DNA from: Paragordius varius
Lineage: Eukaryota > Animalia > Nematomorpha
NCBI GenBank assembly: GCA_964247055.1
Contig: OZ176056.1
Coordinates: forward strand, 682,001-746,000
Reading direction: 5' to 3'
Length of the DNA: 64,000 nucleotides
The notes under the pieces are model-generated. The model was not told the origin of the DNA and ran no database searches. It worked only from the letters and a program-made list of their open reading frames with translations. A program made the position numbers and the translations under genes. Position 1 is the first letter of the stretch. The number at the start of each line of letters is the position of its first letter. Shown in pieces: positions 57,428 through 64,000 of this stretch.

Positions 57428-59736
57428 ATATATAAATATATATATATACATATCATAACTAAATTTTGACATATAACCTTCAAAAATTAACAAAAAACCC
57501 AATATACTTTTTAAAAAACACCCTTAAAGAACCCCCAAAAAACTCGAAGAAAAAGTGTATTTAAACTTGTAATCCTTGTTCACAGTTTGAGATACAAGCC
57601 GATTCATATATTTCAGTTGGAATCAAGTTATTCAAATTATCCAAATCATAATAAGTTGCGGTGTTTTGCGACGCTGAAGTAGAAACATTATTTCCAGCAT
57701 TGGTTATTTGTTTGGTTGTTGAAACAGTAATACTTTTAGTCATGAGAGATTGATTAACAAAATGTTCGGCATTTATACTTTGTTGTAGGGAGCGACTTTT
57801 GACCTCTAAATTTTCAATCTCTATGCCTGCATTTAAAATATTGGATCAAACTAAATTATAAAACGGACAAAATGTAAATACAATAGGGCAAATATTTTCA
57901 AAAAAAGAACGGAAGATAAAATGCTAAAATATATGATGAAAAATCCACCATTGAACTAGAACCAATAACGGCTTGTATCAGAACAAATAGACTTCGGTAT
58001 TTTTTGGACACATAGACAGATCCAGTATAGACTCACCTGCAAAGGAAATTCTTGATTTACAGATTTCTGCCCCCAACTGAAAAGGGAGGCCTAAAACAAC
58101 TTGGACTCAAATCATAGAACAAAACTTTAAATTCCTGAACATACCTCGAAACGCAACAAATGATAGAGACATATATCGTAAATTAATCCATGGAATCCCA
58201 ATAAAGCTGGGCCAAACCAATAATACCGTTGTTTGTTTCCACATAAACTATTTAATTACAATTTCAAATTATGTAAACGCATTTTGAAAAAATACCTTTT
58301 ATTCTTAAAGGCTTAAATGAAAGCCATAAAACAAAAAATTATTTGTCGAAAAACACCCCCTTCAAATTCTAAAACTCATCCCCTTATATATTTAATTTCC
58401 TAGCCTAAATATCCACTTTTAGTTATACAAATGCTATTCATATACCCTGATTACCCTTACAAACCCTTATAATCCAATAAAATACCTAATCTCCTTCACT
58501 CAGATCTGGGTATAGACATGGATGAATTTTATATTTATAATGAAAAAGATTTCAAAAAACATTTATTACCCACTTAAAACCGTATATTAACCCAAAAAAT
58601 TGGTTCAATTTAATCGGAACGAATTCCAAACTAACAAAACGCTTAAACTTCGCAAATAAAAGTGCAAACAAGATCAACTTCAAGTCAAAAGCATGCATTG
58701 CAAATACAGATGGGTAAAAATCCATCTCTTATATATGATTGATATCTTAGCCAAAATATTTATAGTTTATCATAAAAACTCGAAAAAGCCCTATAAAAAT
58801 TGGAGAAAACCCACCAAATAATCAAAAAACCTTTTATGATCTTATAATCACCTTAAAAAACACTGATAACCCTCTAAAAACTCCGCAAACACCCTTAAAA
58901 ATCTAAACCAACTCCACTCCAAGCCAGAGTAGAACAAGGGTGTTTGTCAAAACCGTAAAAGGCATTTAATCACCAAGGGCCATAGCAAATTCCGAAAGTT
59001 AAAAATTATATCCTTATATAAAATCTCCTAATCATTATAACTAGCCTTTAAGTAACTACTTTAATAATTAAAAATTTCAAATCAACTTCTCAAACTCCCT
59101 GAAAAACCTTATTATAAAACAACAAAAAATAATGAAAATTCCTTAAAACCACCCTCAAAAACCAAAAAACCTCAAAAAATCTGAATTCCAAACCTGATCC
59201 ACTCCAAGCCAGGGTAGGAACATGAGCGCTTTGTGCAATCAGGGTAGAAGCTATTTTATCGCCCAAGGCATGCATAGCAAAGGCCGAAGGGCCCAAGAAA
59301 GCCAGGCAGCGGTCCGCTAAAGCGAAGGGCAGGGCCGGATTCTCACTGGCATGACCCCAACCGGCCCAAACTGCATCCGCCCCCGTCCGCACACAAATCT
59401 CTACAATGAGTTCAACGTTGGCGTAATTGTGATTGTTGGAACCGCCTGGAACCGGGACATATTGATCCGCCATTTTTTATGTACTCTATTCATATTCATA
59501 TTATTAAGGGGGATATTTATATATATATATATATATATGGATGAAAGGAAGGTATATTTTAATATTTAAAAAACTAAGAGATGGTTTTTCTATTTCAATT
59601 ATTTATATTTTAATTTATTAAGATAATCTCCTCGGAAGGACCTCGAATGTGGGAAAAATAGATAATTTTACACATCAATCATGCATTTTTAAGGAATATA
59701 TTAAAGTTAAATTGTGAGATTTACAATTTTATCTTT

Positions 59737-59778
<42 letters not shown>

Positions 59779-60436
59779 ATTTAGATAAAATTTAAAATAA
59801 TTTCAAAATTAAATAGTGGATTATAGGGTTTTACTATACCCACAAATCATTTCAGGAAGGTTTATTTTAAAAATCAAAAAAGGTTCATGAAAATCAGCAA
59901 ATGTTAATTATTTTATAGGCGTTGTTTTTTTGAAAATTATATACGAGGTGATTAGAGGCAAATTAGGAAAATAAATTAGTTTTATGTCTATAAATTAATT
60001 TTTGCTTCAATTTTTCATTTTATATTTAATTAAAAAATAAAACTATAGATAGCATTATTAAAACAAGTGTAATGAACAGTCAAAATAAAAAAAAGTAATT
60101 ATTTATTAGAATCGCTTTTGCTTATAATGATGTATATGTTACCAGCATTAGCTTTTAAATCTTCGGGAGTCACCATGACAACAAATTTTATCGCTCGTTC
60201 GTTTCGAAACATTTCGTATGCCCATCTTCGAATAGATCGCATACATTTAACCGCAGCTATACCATTGTTGGCAATAAGGATCTAAATTTAAACATTATAA
60301 AAATTACCTTTTGAATTAGAGTGGTTCCCCCAAATTTTATAACAAATTCTTCGGGGTTAGAGAGCGTAAGCGAACCATGTTTTGAAGTACTTATATTATT
60401 GATCGATGTATCCAAAACACTTATATCGGATGACAT
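54885..60436 (-). CDS. ACC: Acetyl-CoA carboxylase, N-terminal biotin carboxylase region only (~430 aa, 7 exons); frameshifted and apparently truncated, so possibly a pseudogene or partial duplicate
   Basis: Exons 60436-60308, 60281-60143, 59485-59194, 57826-57567, 57099-56989, 56130-55921, 55034-54885. Motifs [109 protein letters not shown]. Confidence 0.95.
55313..55563. mobile_element. Tc1/mariner-type MITE family A in ACC intron 6
   Basis: TA|cagtaataatagaaaatatacggacgaaacgtaaaaatataaggacaaatattttt ... aaaaaatatttgtctttatatt...ttcaatttttactg|TA. Confidence 0.7.
55921..56130 (-). CDS. ACC: ACC exon 6 (VQTEVPGSP...EEMEK)
   Basis: Matches ORF track 55900-56130. Acceptor AAAAG, donor AAG|GTTGAT. 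Confidence 0.95.
56390..56582. mobile_element. Fold-back MITE family C, copy 4, embedded in a (TA)n microsatellite in ACC intron 5
   Basis: (TA)14|ccatttacaatttaaattcctcctt ... aaatttgaactgtaaatga|(TA)16. Confidence 0.75.
56989..57099 (-). CDS. ACC: ACC exon 5 ([37 protein letters not shown])
   Basis: TTTTTAG acceptor, CAG|GTATTA donor, ATP-grasp GGGGKG motif. Confidence 0.95.
57567..57826 (-). CDS. ACC: ACC exon 4 (GIEIENL...[19 protein letters not shown]), with an S/T/N-rich insertion
   Basis: GCAG acceptor in phase 1, open for 86 codons, phase-0 donor CAA|GTTTAA. The end resembles the VPQELYEKGYVKDVDDGLQ segment of human ACC1 (recalled from memory). Confidence 0.8.
57945..58225 (+). mobile_element. 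Degenerate 3' fragment of an RTE-clade-like non-LTR retrotransposon ORF (antisense, in ACC intron 3)
   Basis: Translates [18 protein letters not shown]^[60 protein letters not shown]. This resembles the RLRWFGH...GRP..RW...DR..WR C-terminal signature of RTE-type LINEs. One frameshift and one stop. Confidence 0.7.
58914..58998 (-). pseudogene. Corrupted partial duplicate of the 3' end of ACC exon 3
   Basis: ccactccaagccagagtagaacaagggtgtttgtc...catagcaaattccgaaag aligns with indels to 59199-59290 (ccactccaagccagggtaggaacatgagcgctttgtg...catagcaaaggccgaagg), offset 285. Confidence 0.7.
59194..59485 (-). CDS. ACC: ACC exon 3 (EYIK^[11 protein letters not shown]...AWSGS), with a +1 frameshift in an A run at 59473-59478
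   Basis: AATAG|AG TAC AT AAAAAA TG has six A where five keep the frame. The remainder matches the ORF track 59090-59473. Donor G|GTTTGG. Confidence 0.9.
60143..60281 (-). CDS. ACC: ACC exon 2 (ILIANNG...EDLKANA)
   Basis: TTTAG acceptor, 46 codons plus G, donor GTAACA. Confidence 0.95.
60308..60436 (-). CDS. ACC: ACC exon 1 (MSSDIS...FGGTTLIQK)
   Basis: [11 protein letters not shown] motif, phase-0 donor AAG|GTAATT. The start codon is assumed; an acceptor-like TCAG lies just upstream. Confidence 0.8.
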
Positions 60437-60657
60437 AAAATCTGATTTTAATAATTTAAAGCAAAAAAACACGCGTTTTTACGTGATTGTATGATATTGA
60501 AGCTGTGCCAATTTATAATAGAACAGGGTATTATTGTTAAGCTCAAAATTTATCCTTAATGATTTCTTTATAAAGTATGGCAATAGCCAAATAAAACTTA
60601 AAAATAATATTGTAAATTCAACATCAAAAAATAATTATTTAAATTAGTTTAGAATAT

Positions 60658-61426
60658 ATGTTTGGTAATAATTTGTGCTTATTATTTTTGACCGCTACAA
60701 TTTTTATAGGGTAGTTTAATTACTCTAAAGCAGACAAGTTTCCAAAATATGGTATATATCTTAAAAAGGCCTTTCAGATGTCGAAAAAATTATAACAGAG
60801 TATGATTAAAAAAATTAACTTGAACCTAATTTTTTGGTATATAATTGTTAAAAAATAAAAATTTACTTAAATTTTTTTATTTTAGCACATGTTGGGGTAC
60901 TTTAAGAACTCAGTCTTCTTTAAAATAACTCAAAAATAATTTTATCATTAGGCTAAATTTAATAATGTGCTTTTTTAGCCTCTTAGGCGCATACTATAAT
61001 AAATTTTTTAGAGTAAATATGTTAAAAATCTCCATAAACTTCTCTGTGACTTTTTTCCATTAATCGGAACAGGCAAATAAATGTATATCATGATTTAAAA
61101 ACTTTCGGATTACAAAGAAATCTTTGATATATATCTAATATCAGCTACCTTTATTCATGCTTTGGAGATATCCGTTTGGATTATAAAAGTTACTGTAAAA
61201 ATCATAATTTATTATCTAGAAGAGGCCCTAAAAAATAAATTTTAGCCAAACAGATTTCAAAACAGGATATGTTTTCTAAAAGCTATGGCCTAGGAAACCA
61301 CCCCCAACATGCCATCTCGTACAGAATAGGTAAAAAAGTGTTAATTTATTTAGTTTTGGAGTCAGTTGCTGGTAAATGTAAATTAGTGTTTTCTATAATT
61401 TAGAAACTAGAACTCATACAATATAG
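60658..61426 (+). CDS. Tentative small secreted-protein gene with micro-exons and very short introns, divergent from ACC
   Basis: Candidate exons 60658-60710 (MFGNNLCLLFLTATIFIG), 60731-60751, 60778-60799, 60886-60896, [unresolved gap], 61246-61329, 61354-61371, 61404-61426 (stop). Needs one fewer G at 60709-60711 for phase continuity. Confidence 0.3.
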
Positions 61427-61639
61427 TTTTTTTCTAATAAATTTTAAATTTTTTTATAATTCATGGATCTGACGTACAAAATCCCCAAATTTTATCTATT
61501 TCACATGCATAAAATGTAGGAAATGTTTATTTATTGAGGTAACATCCAAAGAACAGCAGTTTATATATCAAATTATGTAGTTTGTAAAAATAAAAAAAAT
61601 AAAAGGGGGTATAAATGACCAAACTAAAATTAGGTTTTA

Positions 61640-61884
61640 CAGGGGTGTCCAAAGCAAATATTTCGCGAGCCGCATTTAAAATATATATGGGCATTTATAA
61701 ATATTTTATTAAATAAATGTAAAAACAATTTCCAGTTTTTGCCAATCGGGTAGATGTATATGTAGAAATTTTGTTTTAAACATTAATTTTAATGAGATTT
61801 TGTGAGCAAATGTTTGCCAATTATTTTTCGAATATTTCGCAGGTCGCACGTGAGGTCTTGGAGGGCCGCATATTGTAAATCCTG
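61640..61884 (+). mobile_element. hAT-type MITE family B
   Basis: Starts caggggtgtccaaa (Charlie/MER30-like terminus), has subterminal gccgc motifs and a degenerate right end gagggccgcatattgtaaatcctg. No clear 8-bp target-site duplication. Confidence 0.65.
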
Positions 61885-62067
61885 GCTTGAATCAATTTTT
61901 TTCGAACCATGTTATGCGCCGAAAAGTATTTATAATTATATATTTTTTCATAAGACCAATGCGCAGTTTCTGTTTTAAATTGTATTTTACAGATTATATC
62001 TAATATTAACTTACGGTAACTTCTAAACGATCGTCAATTTAAGAAATATATACACATATCAAATATA

Positions 62068-62073
62068 TTTATT
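62068..62073 (-). promoter_or_regulatory. Candidate polyadenylation signal of the micro-exon gene
   Basis: AATAAA on the minus strand ~95 nt after the stop codon. The hexamer is common in this base composition. Confidence 0.3.
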
Positions 62074-62166
62074 AGATAAATAACTTAGTGAATAGTTTTA
62101 CTACAATATTTGATCTTTAATATTCAGATGGAAAATCTTCCAAATATATTATATATAACAAATAAA

Positions 62167-63513
62167 TTATTCAGGCGTTGGCTTTAGATTTCCAATGGCT
62201 TCTTCCAAAACTTCTAAAATTAGGAATTATCGGTAGGATTAATTATATATATTGATAGTTTTGTTGTAAATGCTATCTGCCAATATTAAATGTGGCAATG
62301 CATTTTGATTCACAATGTATGTTATAATTTAAAATTTATTTATCTATATATACCTTTTGATATATCGGGATCCTCTAAGCCTAATGCATCTAGAATTATC
62401 ATAAAAAAATAGTTTATTTCCAAAGTAGAATTTATTTGAACTATCGAATGTATTGAATAACAAATTAGATAATGTATTGCGTATTGTTAAATAAATTTTT
62501 TATATCTTGGGAAGTATACTGTAAATAAAACTCATTTTCAATTTATACCCAAAAATTTTCTAGTTCTTATTTGGAGTTTTTTACACCATGTATGATAGGA
62601 TTATCAATTTGGTTATATTATAACTGATAATAAAATTAATAAAAATAATTTTTAAAAAATATAAAATTATATTTAAAATTTATAAAAAATATATAACTTT
62701 CAACTTCTGCTTGTGGAATCATGGAGCCTAGATTAATATAAAAAATAATTAAAATTATCCCATATAACCAGATATTTGATTACATTTTAATTAACAATAT
62801 TTTAAAAGAAAAAAATATATAATTAATTTGTCAAGTATTATCTTATTATTTTTTTTATATTTTATTAAACAATTAATAAAAATATTAAAATTATTTACTT
62901 TCATTTGCTTTGTCGATTAAATCTAATTAAGTTATCATAATTATGAAAAAATGGTTCGTTATATAGGTTCTTTAATTATTAAATGTTTAAAAATCTTTAT
63001 AAATTTTGGTTTTTATATAATAAAACCAAATTTTCAAAGTATTTTTATTAAACTACTAAATTTTTTTGGTTATAATAAAAAATTTCATGGATGTTCTTTC
63101 AAATTTAAACTAAATATATCCCTATATTGTAATTAACTTTTTACAGTAAAAATTGGATTATACAGACAAAATGTAATTTCAAAATAACCATTTTTTTATA
63201 TTTCATTTTTCTTATATAAAATATTTATTTACCACTGTAAAATATAAAATTGATTGTGTTTCCAATATTCATCAGATGACTTAGAAATAAAAATAAGATT
63301 AAATAGTATGGTTGTTTTTTAGAAAAAATATCTACGTTTTGTCCGAGTAATTCCAATTTTTACTGTGATTAGTAAACTGATAAATAATAAAATAGAAAGC
63401 TAAAAATTAATTTTCATATAAAAATTTTATTTAAAGCCTAAATGACACTTTTTTGGAAATTTTTGCTTTGTTAAAAAGAAAGCTTTATTTCACCTTGAAT
63501 AGTGTCCATCATA

Positions 63514-63572
<59 letters not shown>

Positions 63573-63752
63573 TAAAAGCCAAAAATATTATTTTTATATA
63601 TTAAAGTTTGTAACAAAATTATCCATGCAAAAAATATACTGCTAATGCGCTCTTTCAAAGCTAAATTTGAGATATATAAATTATTAATTTGTTAAAAAAA
63701 TTTCAATTTTTAGTATTATAAAGCATACATTTTATGGATATTTTCATGCCAT
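62167..63752 (-). CDS. Micro-exon gene: six symmetric phase-1 micro-exons plus a terminal exon; 5' exon not identified
   Basis: Exons 63752-63729 (24), 63660-63640 (21), 63514-63494 (21), 62922-62899 (24), 62727-62698 (30), 62389-62354 (36), 62213-62167 (47, TAA). All have YAG acceptors. Donors GTATGC, GTATAT, GTGAAA, GTAAAT, GTTATA, GTATAT. Product xGMKISIKSLKERISNMMDTIQDLIDKANESSMIPQAEVENALGLEDPDISKEVLEEAIGNLKPTPE*. Confidence 0.8.
63144..63365. mobile_element. Tc1/mariner-type MITE family A in the longest intron of the micro-exon gene
   Basis: TA|cagtaaaaattggattatacagacaaaatgta ... tacgttttgtccgagtaattccaatttttactg|TG inverted ends. Confidence 0.75.
63516..63567. repeat. (TA)26 microsatellite
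   Basis: Direct read. Other (TA)n tracts at 56362-56389, 56582-56614, 57392-57423, 59519-59538, 59739-59774. Confidence 0.95.
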
Positions 63753-63858
63753 CTATAAAATAGATTACATAAATATTGAATTAACAAAACACAAAAGATT
63801 AACTTTAAAGCAAATTTCCATCAAAGAGTAAAGTTAAAGAATGTCTTTTTATAAATAA

Positions 63859-64000
63859 ACTAGCGTAAATCTCGTGCTGCTACGCAACCCGAGGAAGTCT
63901 TTCGGACTTCTGGGGGGGGGGGGGGGGGGGAATGGCATTTTACGAGGGGAGCGGGAAAAAGTGGGACTAAATTAAAAAAGCGAGACGACTATGTTCGGCG
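63859..64000 (+). other. GC-rich segment, possibly the start of a Helitron-like or other repeat, with a 6-bp hairpin and a G19 run
   Basis: Begins actagcg...ctcgtgctgctacgc. gaagtc-tttcg-gacttc hairpin at 63894-63910, G19 at 63912-63930. Truncated by the window edge. Confidence 0.3.

Noticed and set aside
59351-59569. ORF track 72 aa, plus strand
   Set aside because: Antisense shadow of GC-rich ACC exon 3 running into (TA)n.
62951-63136. ORF track 61 aa, plus strand
   Set aside because: F/K/I-rich intronic sequence, antisense to the micro-exon gene.
63364-63399. Extra 36-nt symmetric phase-1 exon candidate in the micro-exon gene (FYFIIYQFTNH)
   Set aside because: Intron-like composition, and its donor comes from the MITE terminus. 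Worth rechecking in RNA-seq as possible exonisation.
63753-63821. MEICFKVNLL as first exon of the micro-exon gene via a 38-nt intron
   Set aside because: Weak donor (GTTTTG) and a poor signal peptide; the 5' end is left undetermined.
63912-63930. G19 run as a functional G-quadruplex
   Set aside because: Single homopolymer of unreliable length; no supporting context within the window.

Overview
AT-rich eukaryotic (probably invertebrate animal) genomic DNA in two parts. (1) 1-47991 is a head-to-tail array of about 270 copies of a 178-bp satellite monomer. Each monomer carries an internal 14-bp inverted repeat, and the array shows layered higher-order repeats (886 bp, 3363 bp, ~6.0-6.4 kb) with more diverged monomers at the right edge. 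(2) 47992-64000 is MITE-rich unique sequence. It holds the first seven coding exons of an acetyl-CoA carboxylase (ACC) gene on the minus strand. As written this gene has a 26-nt intron, a +1 homopolymer frameshift and a ~50-aa insertion, and it stops mid-exon at a 4-copy ~165-bp tandem repeat. The most striking signal is missed by the ORF track: a minus-strand micro-exon gene at 62167-63752 built from six consecutive symmetric phase-1 exons (24, 21, 21, 24, 30, 36 nt) that splice into an open amphipathic-helix ORF. A second small gene with a signal-peptide exon and symmetric phase-1 exons lies at 52106 to 50668 (possibly to 48440). A third, tentative one with 20-32-nt introns lies on the plus strand at 60658-61426. 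All splice models were read by eye and have no transcript support. I cannot identify the organism.
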